Below, in pieces: positions 28,665 to 38,656 of a stretch of 64,000 nucleotides of DNA. The stretch covers positions 128,001 to 192,000 of the forward strand of contig JBFMAF010000023.1 in the NCBI GenBank assembly GCA_040755995.1. Reading direction: 5' to 3'. Each line of letters starts with the position of its first letter. Positions within the stretch are counted from its first letter, which is position 1. Source of the stretch: Acidobacteriota bacterium (lineage in GTDB: Bacteria > Acidobacteriota > CAIWXX01). Both the position numbers and the translations under genes were made by a program. Below the pieces are notes generated by a model. That model made no database searches, had not been told where the DNA came from, and was given only the letters and a program-made list of their open reading frames with translations.

Positions 28665-29627
28665 CTACCCCTTGCGCGAGCGGGGGTGGGCCTGGGAGTA
28701 GATCTGGAGCAGCCGCCCGAAGTCCAGGTGCGTATATTTCTCGGTGGTCGAGAGGTGCTTGTGGCCGAGCATCTCCTGGATGCTTCTCAGATCGGCCCCT
28801 CGCGAGAGCACGTGGGTCGCGAACGAATGACGCATCGAGTGCGGTGTGCAGTCGGTGCGGCCAATGGCGCCCGTGTACTTTTTGAAGAGCCGCTCGACGC
28901 TGCGCGAGCGAATCCGCCCGCCCTTGTAGTTCAGGAACACCGGATCGGCTTCGGATCTCTCGCGCGGCAATACGCGCTCGCGTTCGCGGAGGTAGGCGAG
29001 CAGCGCGAGGCGCGCCTTGTCGCCGAACGGCACAAGCCTCTCCTTCTTGCCCTTGCCCCGGATTCGGACGACCTGATCGCGCAGCGAGACATCGTCCACG
29101 TTGAGTCCGACGAGCTCGGAGACGCGCGCCCCGGTCGCGTACAGCATCTCCCACATCGCACGATCTCGCAGATTGATTAGTCCCTTTCTCACCGCGCTCC
29201 GCGGCGACTCGACCCCCGCCGGTGGAGTGGTCGCAAGGCCGTCCAGCATCGCCGACGCCTCGGCCTCGCTCAGCACCTTCGGCAGCGTCCTGCCCTTCTT
29301 GATGGCGCGCAGAGCGCGCGCCGGATTCCTCCGGACCTGGCCGGTCAGCAGCAAGAACTTGTAGAATGCGCGGAGGCTCGCCAGCTTCCGTTCGATCGTG
29401 GGCCTCGACATGCCGCGTTCCGCGAGCGATGCGAGGTACTGGCGGATGTGGACTGATTCGACCTGGCCCGGGAAGAGCCCCGCCCGGCCTCGTGATTCCA
29501 GGCTCCGCACGAACTGCGACAGATCGCGCGAATACGCGTCGACAGTGTGTTCCGACGCGTTTCGCTCGTAGCGAAGATGCTTGAGGAATGAGGCGACGCC
29601 AGGCGGCCTTGGATTGCCCACCCTCAT
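28665..29627 (-). CDS. xerC: Tyrosine recombinase XerC
   Basis: ERNASEHTVDAY.RDL, RDRAMWEMLYATGARVSEL, GKGKKERLVP, PHSMRHSFATH, IQEMLGH..LSTTEKYTH; next to trmFO. Confidence 0.93.
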   Translation of the reverse strand: MRVGNPRPPGVASFLKHLRYERNASEHTVDAYSRDLSQFVRSLESRGRAGLFPGQVESVHIRQYLASLAERGMSRPTIERKLASLRAFYKFLLLTGQVRRNPARALRAIKKGRTLPKVLSEAEASAMLDGLATTPPAGVESPRSAVRKGLINLRDRAMWEMLYATGARVSELVGLNVDDVSLRDQVVRIRGKGKKERLVPFGDKARLALLAYLRERERVLPRERSEADPVFLNYKGGRIRSRSVERLFKKYTGAIGRTDCTPHSMRHSFATHVLSRGADLRSIQEMLGHKHLSTTEKYTHLDFGRLLQIYSQAHPRSRKG

Positions 29628-29671
29628 CTCCCGCGACGCGCCGGCGACGAACGATCACGGCGTCGGACCGC

Positions 29672-29782
29672 AGTCATCCGGGATCCGGAGGCATCGCCTG
29701 CGCATTCACCTCTACGATCACGATCTACGACCAGAGTAGTATGGAGTCTGCCGGTGGTGTGAATGCGGCCCAGGATTGCCGA
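29672..29782 (+). repeat. Dispersed intergenic repeat with hexamer arms
   Basis: Similar to the reverse complement of 53674-53826; shares an ATCCGGnGGCATC core with 10084-10127. Confidence 0.7.
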
Positions 29783-29793
29783 GGAATCCGCGG

Positions 29794-31125
29794 TCACGGT
29801 CTCCCCTGCCTGGTCGCCGGCTGCAGCCGGTTTTCATGGATCCAGCGGGCCAGGTCTTGCCTGGCCCGTTCGACCAGTGCCGCGCGCCGCCCGTCGCGAT
29901 TGCGGATCTGCCTGGCAAGAGGATCGAGCAATCCGAATGAGAAATTGATCGGCTGGTAGTTCTTCCAGTCGGCGCTGGAGATGTAGCGGCCGAGAGCCCC
30001 GAGCGCGGTGGTGGGCGGGGGCGGAGTGATGTTGTGCCCGTCGAGCGCGGCGGCGAGGCGTGTGGCTGCGACAACCGCGGATGCGACGCACTCCACGTAG
30101 CCTTCGACCCCCGCCAACGTGCCGATAATGAAGAGCGCCGCCTTGCGGCGCGTTTCGAAGAAAGGGTCGAGCAGGGCGGGCGAGTTGATGTAGGTGTTTC
30201 TGTGGACGCGGCCGTGGCGCACGAACTCGGCCCGCTCCAGTCCCGGTATCATCCCAAAGATGCGGCGCTGTTCGCCCCACTTCAGCCGCGTCTGGAATCC
30301 GACGAGGTTGTAGTGATCGGCGGCCAGATCATCCTGCCTGAGCTGCACGACGGCGTACGGCCGTTCGCCTGTTCTTGGATCGATCAGGCCGACCGGTTTC
30401 ATCGGGCCGAAGCGCATGGTGTCTTCGCCGCGGGCGGCGAGCTCTTCGATCGGCAGGCAGCCCTCGAAGTAGGGGATCTTGTCGAACTCGTGGACTTCCG
30501 CCTTCTGTCCCTGGAGCAGCGCTTCTCGAAAGGGCAGATACTGGTCGCGGTTCATCGGGCAGTTGAGATAGTCGCTTCCTCTGTCGTATCTGGAGGCCCT
30601 GAACACGCGGGCGATGTCGATCGATTCGGCGAGAACGATTGGGGAGCTTGCGTCGTAGAACGACAGGTTCTGTTTCCCGGTGAGGTCTTGAAGGGCGGCG
30701 GCGAGGCGGTCGGAGGTCAGCGGGCCCGAGGCGATGATCGCGGGCGGGTCCGGCACGGCGGTGACCTCTTCGTTCACGATCTCGACTAGATCCATGGAGC
30801 CGACAGCCTCGGTAACGCCAAGGCTGAACCCCCGCCTATCCACTGCAAGCGCTTTGCCCGCCGGAATGCGGACGGAGTCGGCGATGCGCAGCAGGAGCGA
30901 TCCCAAGGAACGGATCTCCTCCTTGAGCAGCGCCGCCGCCGTGCCGGGCTCGTCGCTTCCGAGAGAGTTGCTGCAGACGATCTCTGCGAAGTCGGCGGTG
31001 GTGTGGGCTTGAGTCATCGTTCGCGGCCGCATCTCGCACAGGCGCACGGGGATTTGTCTGGATGCGAGCTGGTAGGCCGCCTCGCTGCCCGCGAGCCCGG
31101 CGCCGACGATGGTTACACGCGCCAT
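29794..31125 (-). CDS. trmFO: tRNA (uracil-54-C5)-methyltransferase, FADH2-dependent
   Basis: GAGLAGSEAA, EIVCSNSLGS, ALAVDR, FEGCLPIE, RFGPMKPVG, VGFQTRLKW, HRNTY. Confidence 0.97.
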   Translation of the reverse strand: MARVTIVGAGLAGSEAAYQLASRQIPVRLCEMRPRTMTQAHTTADFAEIVCSNSLGSDEPGTAAALLKEEIRSLGSLLLRIADSVRIPAGKALAVDRRGFSLGVTEAVGSMDLVEIVNEEVTAVPDPPAIIASGPLTSDRLAAALQDLTGKQNLSFYDASSPIVLAESIDIARVFRASRYDRGSDYLNCPMNRDQYLPFREALLQGQKAEVHEFDKIPYFEGCLPIEELAARGEDTMRFGPMKPVGLIDPRTGERPYAVVQLRQDDLAADHYNLVGFQTRLKWGEQRRIFGMIPGLERAEFVRHGRVHRNTYINSPALLDPFFETRRKAALFIIGTLAGVEGYVECVASAVVAATRLAAALDGHNITPPPPTTALGALGRYISSADWKNYQPINFSFGLLDPLARQIRNRDGRRAALVERARQDLARWIHENRLQPATRQGRP

Positions 31126-31314
31126 TACGGGATTATTTTACGCCTGCTTAGAAGCCTGTAGACCTACTGCGTGAGCACGCTCACAATAATTGAGGGATAG
31201 AGCCATCATTTTGGTCACGGTAAATGCGGGGCGGGCACCTGTGGCCATCAGTTTTCGTGCACGCGGAATTGTTTGCCCTCTCAAGGAGTTGAGATGCCGC
31301 GCCAGGTGCCATCC

Positions 31315-31329
31315 TGGCACCGATCTTGC
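31315..31329 (+). promoter_or_regulatory. Sigma54 -24/-12 motif
   Basis: TGGCAC-CGATC-TTGC. Confidence 0.45.
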
Positions 31330-31759
31330 CCTTCTCGCGGCATCTTCATCTCTAGCCAGTGATTTTCATACGAGGCCCCCTCAAATGCCGTGGAATCGGG
31401 TTCATCAGATATCGCGACCATGCTCACTATGCGCATGAGCACGGTAACTGATGAACTCCTGATCTCGGCATTTGACGGCTCACCAATGAAGTCCGTGATT
31501 CCCCAGGCGTTTCCCATTTCCGTTTCCCTGCACAGGCGGCTTTCAATCTCGGGAAACACGGGTTAGAGATGAGATTTCGATCGCTTCGTGCTCGATTGAA
31601 AGATGGGATTTCCTGCAAGGATTACGCTTCGATCTCTTGAAGTCAGCAATAGAGGCAGTCTTGAGCCAGATCTTGATCACGATCAATGGAGGCGTCCTAT
31701 CGACCATCGAATAGCTCGAACACTGCACGAAATCCACAGCATACGCTTCGACCCATCAT

Positions 31760-32076
31760 CTACCGCGATCCGGAAGAGCGTTTCCCTCCATCATCGTGCA
31801 CACTCTCGCCGGGGCGTGTCGAGCCGTTGAGCGATCTCATCGTTCCCCAATCCTCTGGATGCATAGAGGACGATGCGAGCTCGAACAACGTCACGATACA
31901 GTGACGTATACTTACGACTGATCGCGTCCAGCCGCCCACGGACTTCCGATGAGAGTACAATCCGATAAGGGCTTTTTCTAGGCATTCTAGCCTCCGAATC
32001 ACTACTGGGAGGATACCACAAAGCCCTTCGAGGTGCCAGCCGCTATACGTCATCCTGTTTAGCGAATGAACCACTA
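31760..32076 (-). pseudogene. IS630-family transposase remnant (HTH part)
   Basis: MPRKSPYRIVLS...VVRARIVLYA..GLGNDEIAQRLDTPR, then an early stop; possible left end TAGTGGTTCATTCGC near 32076. Confidence 0.75.
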
Positions 32077-32107
32077 AGGGATTTCGAATGCAGAGGTGCC
32101 CTTCCTG

Positions 32108-32782
32108 CTAGCCACGCGGCATCAGCTCCGGCGGAAACCCAACTTTGCATCGGGTTGGCGAGTACCACTCGGTGTACTCACCCCACGCAATGAAACGATT
32201 GCTCAAGTCCCACTTCTTGATCAGATGCTGCTGATTGTGTTCATACCAGGGCGGGCGGGGCCCGGAGAGCTCGCGCCGGTGGATCACATCAACGCTTCCG
32301 TCAATGGCGAGCAAATACCCAGCGGCAAGATGTTGCAGTAGGAAATCAGTGTCGTCACACTGTGTCCCAACATATGTTTCATCGTATCGCATTTGCGCGC
32401 GCTCAAATGCCAATGCGGCACCCCAGACTTCGAAGCCCGTAACAACACGGCCATCTCGAACATAGCGATAGGGTCCCAACAGACGGCCTTTGGGATCCAT
32501 TATTCGCGGAGAAACGCACCCAACTCCAGGATAGCGGTTCAGAGTGTCCAGCAGACGTTCGTCCCAGCCTGCGCGCACAAAGGAAAGATCATCATCGAGA
32601 AGAATGATCCGATTGCTCGATGCAAGCTTGATGAGCCAGTTGGAGTTTGCGGCTGCCGAAATCGGATTGGGGCGGCATATGAGCTCATAATGAGTTCTCG
32701 CAGTCGTCGCGATGGAAGCCAGGGTCCGTTCCGTAAACAACGTCTGTTCGTAACATCGGACCAGGATGCTGACATCGATCAT
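32108..32782 (-). CDS. Glycosyltransferase family 2
   Basis: IILLDDD, VGCVSPRI, WGAAL, YDETY...DDTDF, VIH. Confidence 0.75.
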   Translation of the reverse strand: MIDVSILVRCYEQTLFTERTLASIATTARTHYELICRPNPISAAANSNWLIKLASSNRIILLDDDLSFVRAGWDERLLDTLNRYPGVGCVSPRIMDPKGRLLGPYRYVRDGRVVTGFEVWGAALAFERAQMRYDETYVGTQCDDTDFLLQHLAAGYLLAIDGSVDVIHRRELSGPRPPWYEHNQQHLIKKWDLSNRFIAWGEYTEWYSPTRCKVGFPPELMPRG

Positions 32783-33141
32783 TTCGGGTTCACCGAGTCC
32801 ACAGCATCGAACGAGTACGTTCTACTGTTTGCCTGTGTCTTCGCTCCATATTCATATATAAGGCCAACCGACCGTTGGCGCATGCTATCGCGGATAACGT
32901 CTGCGGCTACCTCTTCGATGCTTCGATTGGCATCGACCACCCTTGCGCCCTTCTTGCGCAAGTGATCTTCCCATCGGTCTTTGAGAGCGAGTATCCATGT
33001 TCGAACCTCAGATGTGCCCCCAAAGCCACTCAGCCCGCGAGGGCTCAATCTCGTACGTAGGTAGACTTTGTCAAAGAGGGTAAGCAATTCATCCGGGAAC
33101 GTGAGATCCGATTCTTCGAGGAAGCCACGACGATCGAACAA
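32779..33141 (-). pseudogene. C-terminal remnant of a P-loop (nucleoside/shikimate kinase-like) protein
   Basis: LFDKV..RL..R....FG...E...WIL.......GA.VVDANRSIEEV resembles a kinase C-terminus; no Walker A or good start. Confidence 0.4.
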
Positions 33142-33174
33142 ACAGGCCGCGCGGACACATGCGTTGTCATCCCT

Positions 33175-33936
33175 CTACTGGCTTCCGCACACAATTCCCT
33201 TTTGCATATCCCGACATGCTTGCTTCAGAGACTCGATGGTTCCGATGTCTCTATGATAGCCTCTATGGACGAGACCCTTCATCCGTCCAACAAGCCTTGG
33301 CACGACATCGCGCGCAATATCGCGGACAGATAGGGACGCGACCTCGCGATACGTGGCAGCGGTCATGGCATAGACACCGGCGTTTGCGAGATCACTGCTA
33401 GGAATCTCTGGTTTCTCTTCGAAATGTACAATGGTTCCTGAGCGGTCGCACCTCACGATGCCACAAGCTCGAGGGTCGGGGGCTCGAAAAAGAAGCATCG
33501 TGAAGCCGAGATGGTGGCTCCGGTGGAACTGCAAGAACTGCGAAAGGCAAATGTCGCTGAAATTGTCCGCGTAGATGACAAGAACGTCGCTGACGCCGTC
33601 GGCGAGGTCCACGTTGCGCGAAAGGGCGCCTGCAGATCCGAGCAGCTCAGGTTCATAGCTTTCGACGACACGTGGACGTACTGAAGCGCCGAGGGCTGCA
33701 ATCCTGTCTCTTATCTGATGCGCATGATGATGCGTGCACACAACGCATTTAGTCACACCCGCCCGTAACATTGCGTCGAGCCAGTATTCGAGGAGGGACT
33801 TCGCTCGAATCTTGACCAAGCACTTCGGGATCGATCGCGTCAGAGGTCGAAGGCGCATCCCCGGGCCGGCTGCCAGAAGAAGCGCATTGGAGGTCACGGT
33901 AGTGCCGCCATCACAAATAACCCTGACCCATTCCAA
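33175..33936 (-). CDS. Sugar-phosphate nucleotidyltransferase (HddC-like)
   Basis: ALLLAAG.G.RLRPLT..IPKCLV, EPELLGSAG, FEEKP, ANAGVY, DIGT. Confidence 0.9.
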   Translation of the reverse strand: MEWVRVICDGGTTVTSNALLLAAGPGMRLRPLTRSIPKCLVKIRAKSLLEYWLDAMLRAGVTKCVVCTHHHAHQIRDRIAALGASVRPRVVESYEPELLGSAGALSRNVDLADGVSDVLVIYADNFSDICLSQFLQFHRSHHLGFTMLLFRAPDPRACGIVRCDRSGTIVHFEEKPEIPSSDLANAGVYAMTAATYREVASLSVRDIARDVVPRLVGRMKGLVHRGYHRDIGTIESLKQACRDMQKGIVCGSQ

Positions 33937-33951
33937 TCGTCTCGATGTGTC

Positions 33952-34452
33952 TCAGAATGTGGCTTCATTCCGATGCCGGATGTACTGCGCGAGCACATGC
34001 ATCAAGCTCTGATGAATTTCCTCAACCATTCCGTAGTTGTTGATGGGAATCCAAACGCAATGGCGCGCGATCTTCTTGAGTCTTCCTCCATCGAATCCAA
34101 CAAAAGCAATTGTCGGAATTCCCATTTCGTTCGCCATCTCGCACGCCTTCACGACGTTTGGAGAGTCACCACTGGAGCTAATCAACAGAAGAGCATCTTT
34201 GGGTTTGGCATAGAAGGCGAGTTGGGTCGAGAAGGTATCAGCATATCCAACGTCATTGCCCAGCGCGGTAATCGTCGAGGTGCACGATGAAAGGGAGATG
34301 CAGCGCAGCACACCACGGACCGCTCGATCGCCGCCGTTGGATGATGGTTTCGTAAGATTGAGAGCGGCATGACTGGAGATAGCGGCACTGCCGCCATTCC
34401 CCGCAACCAGGCGATCATAGTAGCGCGAGACATACTCCTCAGAGTCCATCAT
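33952..34452 (-). CDS. gmhA: Phosphoheptose isomerase (SIS), N-terminally shortened
   Basis: GNGGSAA, TALGND.GY, ISSSGDSPNV, GFDGG, YGMVEEIH; the helix before GNGGS appears to be missing. Confidence 0.75.
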   Translation of the reverse strand: MMDSEEYVSRYYDRLVAGNGGSAAISSHAALNLTKPSSNGGDRAVRGVLRCISLSSCTSTITALGNDVGYADTFSTQLAFYAKPKDALLLISSSGDSPNVVKACEMANEMGIPTIAFVGFDGGRLKKIARHCVWIPINNYGMVEEIHQSLMHVLAQYIRHRNEATF

Positions 34453-34849
34453 GGCCACACCTAACGAGGCTCCTATTCCATTTGCTGTGGGTTCACAATG
34501 GTCATACAAGAGCCAGGTGGCCCACATGCTGTGCGTGAACGTTGCCGTTGTCGCGGACGTGGACGTTTCCGTCGCCGTCGTCCACAACGGCGACCACTAC
34601 GGCCAGGTCAACGACCACGGTAACCGTTCCTCTGGTCTGATTGCATTTCAGTGAACTTCGCCCAGCAAGCGCCTGCTCTAGGAAACCGTGACCCCAGGGC
34701 CGCCAGGACGGAACACCTGTCCCCGAGCCCGTGGATGCCCGATGCGCGCCACCGGGGGCCTCCTTTCCGCCGCCCATCATGCGGAACTCCTGACCGGACA
34801 GCCGACATCTTGACGTTCTCCCTCAGCCCAGGTATCCTGCCATCCGACC

Positions 34850-36181
34850 ATGAACAAACAAAGAGGTTCTCCTTCTTCACAGTCATTGCGGAAGCCGCTC
34901 TTCATCTTGCTGGGTCAATGGCTCGCCGTCGTCATTTTGTCGATGTGGAGCCAGACTGTCCAGGCTGACTCTCCGGTGGTGGCCATTCGTGCTGGTCGCG
35001 TCCTCGATCCAGCCGACGCCACGCTTTCTACCAACCAAGTTCTCCTTGTCGAGGAGGGCCGGATCACAGCAATAGGGCCTGGTTTGACTATTCCGCAGAA
35101 CGCCAGAGTGGTTGACTTGTCCACCCAAACCGTGTTGCCGGGTTTGATGGATGCACACACTCATCTGTGCCTCTCCGTTGATGCCAAGTGGGACCTGGGA
35201 AGCTTCTGGATTGTGGCCATCCAGCGCACGCCGGGGTTCCGTGCCATCCAGGGCGCCGCTCACGCGCGTGAGATGCTGGAGTCGGGGTTCACCACCGTGC
35301 GCGATATGGGCAACGCTGGGAACTACCTTGACATGGACTTAGAAAAGGCCATTCGATTCGGAATCGTGCCAGGCCCGACGATCATCCCCGCGGGACGGAT
35401 CATTGCTCCTTTCGGTGGTCAGTTTTGGGAGAATCCGGCTGACAAAGAGACCATCCAGAATCCCGAGTATACTGCCGCAGACACCAAGGACGAGATGATC
35501 AGAGCTGTGCGCCAGAACATCTACTTCGGCGCCAAGGTCATCAAGATTGTCGTCGACGGGCAACGCTACTGTTACTCCACCGAGGACATTCGCCAGATCG
35601 TCAAGGAGGCAGGCGGAGCAGGGCTGAAAGTGGCTGCTCACGTGCAGACCGTGCGTGGCGCACGAGCCGCGATCGAGGCCGGAGTCGCGTCGATCGAGCA
35701 TGGATGGGAGTTGACGGACCAGGACTTGGCCTTGGCAAAGCAGAAGCATGTTGTGCTTGTGAGCACGGACTTCCCGGCCAGAGTGCTCAGGGCATGCGGC
35801 GTGGACGAGAAGGACGCAGAGAGCACGCACCACCGATTTGTAGAGCGTCTGAGACGTGCGTACGCAGCTGGAGTGTCCATTGTGTTTGGCACGGATATCA
35901 TTGTGGACATCCCGGGGGAAACACGGGGCTCATTGGCGATCGAGTATGTCGACAGCTTTGTGGAGGCCGGTGTTCCTGCTGCGGAGATCCTGCGCGCGAT
36001 GACAACCCGAGCAGCAGTGCTGCTTGGTGTCGACGACGAGCGGGGAAGGATATGCAAGGGCATGGCGGCGGATCTGATCGCGGTTCCTGGGAACCCGCTG
36101 CTGGATATCCACCAGCTCCGGAACATCGTTTTCGTCATGAAAGAGGGCAGGATCGTGCGGACCGCCGACAACCGGCAGTGA
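34850..36181 (+). CDS. Amidohydrolase-family metallo-hydrolase (Xaa-Pro dipeptidase-like)
   Basis: LPGLMDAHTH, GFTTVRDMG, IKI, AAH, SIEHG, FGTD, ADLIAVPGNPL. Confidence 0.92.
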   Translation: MNKQRGSPSSQSLRKPLFILLGQWLAVVILSMWSQTVQADSPVVAIRAGRVLDPADATLSTNQVLLVEEGRITAIGPGLTIPQNARVVDLSTQTVLPGLMDAHTHLCLSVDAKWDLGSFWIVAIQRTPGFRAIQGAAHAREMLESGFTTVRDMGNAGNYLDMDLEKAIRFGIVPGPTIIPAGRIIAPFGGQFWENPADKETIQNPEYTAADTKDEMIRAVRQNIYFGAKVIKIVVDGQRYCYSTEDIRQIVKEAGGAGLKVAAHVQTVRGARAAIEAGVASIEHGWELTDQDLALAKQKHVVLVSTDFPARVLRACGVDEKDAESTHHRFVERLRRAYAAGVSIVFGTDIIVDIPGETRGSLAIEYVDSFVEAGVPAAEILRAMTTRAAVLLGVDDERGRICKGMAADLIAVPGNPLLDIHQLRNIVFVMKEGRIVRTADNRQ

Positions 36182-36489
36182 AAGCCTGAGAAGAGGCTGG
36201 TCGGGCCCTGGGTGGGAGCCCTAACCCGAACCTCCCTGGCATGCCTAGAACCACGCGTACTTCACTCATTGCCCCACCATCATGGCCCCGATGTTCGACT
36301 CAGGCACCCGTCCGTTCGGCCGGTCCATGCTCCACCAGCCAAGCCGGACCCGCTGCCATTGAAGCCACCGCGCCGCCTGCGGGCTATGGCTCCCGCAGTA
36401 CAAGGGAGTACCAGAAGTCGTCGGTCTCTGACGTCTCCACGACGAAGGCAGCACCGTCCAGGTGCGTTCCAACTGTCAAGCGCCCAAAG

Positions 36490-36805
36490 ACCTTTTTACA
36501 CCTCTGGCGGTCGAGCGGAACGTCGGAGGGCCATTGCTCTCTGTCTTGGGCAAGGATCGGGGGATAACAGAGCCCGGGCTTACGACCTTCGTCATCACTT
36601 CGCTCTGACGAACCTCAATCGATGGATAGCCTCCGGTGTCGATGTCAACTCCAGACTGCCCTATCTTTCCCGATACATGGGCCACTGCCGTATTGAGAGT
36701 ACCGACTACTACCTTCACCTCGTTCCTGAGGTCTTCCAGACATTCTCCGAGAAGCTACGGACGACGGAGGCGGTTCTGCCGGAGGTGGACGATGGGCAGC
36801 AGTAG
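36490..36805 (+). pseudogene. C-terminal fragment of a RIT-type tyrosine recombinase
   Basis: YDLRHHFA...RW...G.DV...LPYLSRYMGH..IESTDYYLHL..E; N-terminus absent. Confidence 0.8.
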
Positions 36806-37106
36806 TGGATCATCACAGGAACTGTGGAAGTACGTTCGTCGCTACCTCACGATGTATCTACCGAAAATCCGCGGTCTGAGTCCCAGAACCGTCGAGTCCT
36901 ACCGACAGTCTATCGCGATGTACTGCCTGTTTCTCAAGGAGGCAAGCCGGATCAGCTTCGCGAAAACCTCCTTCGATCATGTCACACGAGACTCGGTGAT
37001 GAAGTTCATCCAATCACTCCGCGAGCGAGGCTGCGAAGCTTCCACATGCAATCTGAGACTCTCCTCCCTCAAGTCCTTTCTCAAGTACTGCGCCGAACAA
37101 GTGTAG
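36792..37106 (+). pseudogene. N-terminal SAM-like fragment of the next RIT recombinase
   Basis: YLP..RGLSPRTVESYR...RGC..STCNLRLSSLKSFLKY, then a stop. Confidence 0.8.
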
Positions 37107-37316
37107 GTGCGGGTTGCATCGCGGACTGACAGCCGGGCAGGACAGAGACACAGCGGTCTCTCGGCGACTGCCTTCCAATCCCGCATGAGTGACGTGAGGG
37201 ATCTGACGGCGCTGCTCCGCAATTGCGGTTGATCTGGCATGCTCCGACCTTCTCCACGCCACGCGGCCACAGGACGGCACCGCTTGCATGCTGCCGCCTC
37301 GTCGGCGATAATGGCA

Positions 37317-37570
37317 ATGGTGCAGTTCGAGATTCTTGGCGAAGTCACCGATGTCGAAACTATTGCGAGGGGTAGAGGTGTTCGGCTACTCCGGCTCCTA
37401 CGAAAGAGGTATGGCGGGAGAAACTGGAGGAAGCGCAAAGGGCTTGCCAGCGTACGGCTGCCTGACCTGAGAGTCCGTCGTGCCGAGCTGCATTGGTTCG
37501 AGGCGCACGGGGTCGGTCGGCGCACGGGGTCGGTCGAAGGAAGATGAGAATCAAGCGATTCCTGGACTGA
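37317..37570 (+). pseudogene. Small toxin-like gene frameshifted by a 17-bp tandem duplication
   Basis: GGCGCACGGGGTCGGTC twice at 37502-37535; removing one copy gives ...AELHWFEAHGVGRRKMRIKRFLD* ending at 37570. Confidence 0.75.
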
Positions 37571-37577
37571 AGAGGCT

Positions 37578-37895
37578 ATGAGAAAACAAAGGACAGTCTC
37601 CCGTTTTGCTATCTGCATCAGCAGTGATGATCCCGACTTGCTGACGCCCCGCATGATCTATGAAGTCCTGCCTGACGATAGTGCTGCCAGATCGAACTAC
37701 ATCCGCGTCATAGACAACGAGGGCGAAGACTACCTGTATCCTGCCGATCGATTTGTGTATGTGGAGTTTCCACAGGTCGTACGGCGAGCGTTGTCGCGCG
37801 TCTCGGATCGAGGCGTACGAAGTCCATCTCCCGCGCGGAGGCGAAGAGTATCTTCGACTACACGTCAAGGCAAGACAAGACGGCGTGCTGCGTAG
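37578..37895 (+). CDS. Conserved small protein, putative antitoxin/immunity partner
   Basis: FAICI....L..RMIYEVLPD......YIRVIDNEGEDYLYPADRF motif; starts 7 nt after the repaired stop of the upstream gene. Confidence 0.65.
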   Translation: MRKQRTVSRFAICISSDDPDLLTPRMIYEVLPDDSAARSNYIRVIDNEGEDYLYPADRFVYVEFPQVVRRALSRVSDRGVRSPSPARRRRVSSTTRQGKTRRRAA

Positions 37896-38000
37896 CGAGC
37901 CGTTGGAGCAGGCGGCCGCTGCGTACAACCGCAGGCAGTTCGGTGCCGGCAGTGGCGACTGTCAGATCCCAGGCAGGCCACCGCAGATACAGGAGGACGT

Positions 38001-38597
38001 ATGAAGACCGAATTCGTGCTGGTCGATTTTGAAAACGTTCAGCCCAAGAACGTGAGCCTGCTGAGCGGCGGCCCTTTCAAGATAAAAGTCTTCCTGGGTA
38101 CCAACCAGGCGAAGATTCCGCTGGAGATGGCTCGGGCGCTCCAGGCGTTCGGGCCAGACGCCGAGTACATCCAGATTGACGGCAGTGGAAGCAACGCTCT
38201 CGATTTCCATATCGCCTACTACATCGGCCGCCTCTCGGCCGAGGTTCCCGGAGCCCGCTTCTACGTTATATCCAAGGACACCGGATTCGATCCCTTGATC
38301 AGGCACCTGGCGGCGAAGAAGATCTCCTGCCAGCGATCGAAGTCGCTCGCCGAAATCCCGCAGGCAAGGCTACCCAAGTCCGGATCGGCCCCAGACAAGG
38401 TCGATGCTGTGATTGAAAACCTCGCGCGGCGAAAAGCGTCCAGGCCCCGGACACTCAAGACCCTCCGAAGCAGCATCAGGGCGCATTTCGCAAACCAGCT
38501 GGGGGACGCCGAGATCGACGGGCTCATCGAGCAACTGACCAGCCGGGGAGCCATAAAGGTGGCCGACGGCAAGGTGCACTACGAGCCGCAGTCATGA
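38001..38597 (+). CDS. PIN-like domain protein
   Basis: VLVDFENVQP, GSNALDFHIAYYIG, ISKDTGFDPLI; AGGAGG RBS. Confidence 0.85.
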   Translation: MKTEFVLVDFENVQPKNVSLLSGGPFKIKVFLGTNQAKIPLEMARALQAFGPDAEYIQIDGSGSNALDFHIAYYIGRLSAEVPGARFYVISKDTGFDPLIRHLAAKKISCQRSKSLAEIPQARLPKSGSAPDKVDAVIENLARRKASRPRTLKTLRSSIRAHFANQLGDAEIDGLIEQLTSRGAIKVADGKVHYEPQS

Positions 38598-38656
38598 GTG
38601 CCGTCGCCAGCGAGGCGCAGCCTCGAGCCTGTGAGCTACCGGGAGTATCGCCTGAA

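Noticed and set aside
28665..29627. xerC as a mobile-element integrase for the 31-38 kb island
   Set aside because: Canonical XerC motifs and housekeeping trmFO-xerC synteny.
32779..33936. Amber read-through fusing the nucleotidyltransferase to the in-frame downstream ORF
   Set aside because: The transferase ends at its usual position after DIGT, and the downstream piece looks like an unrelated deleted gene; the shared frame is probably chance.
36180..38656. Integron cassette array (attC-like text after the amidohydrolase, partner and PIN genes)
   Set aside because: Only vague resemblance; no paired RYYYAAC/GTTRRRY boxes and no IntI.
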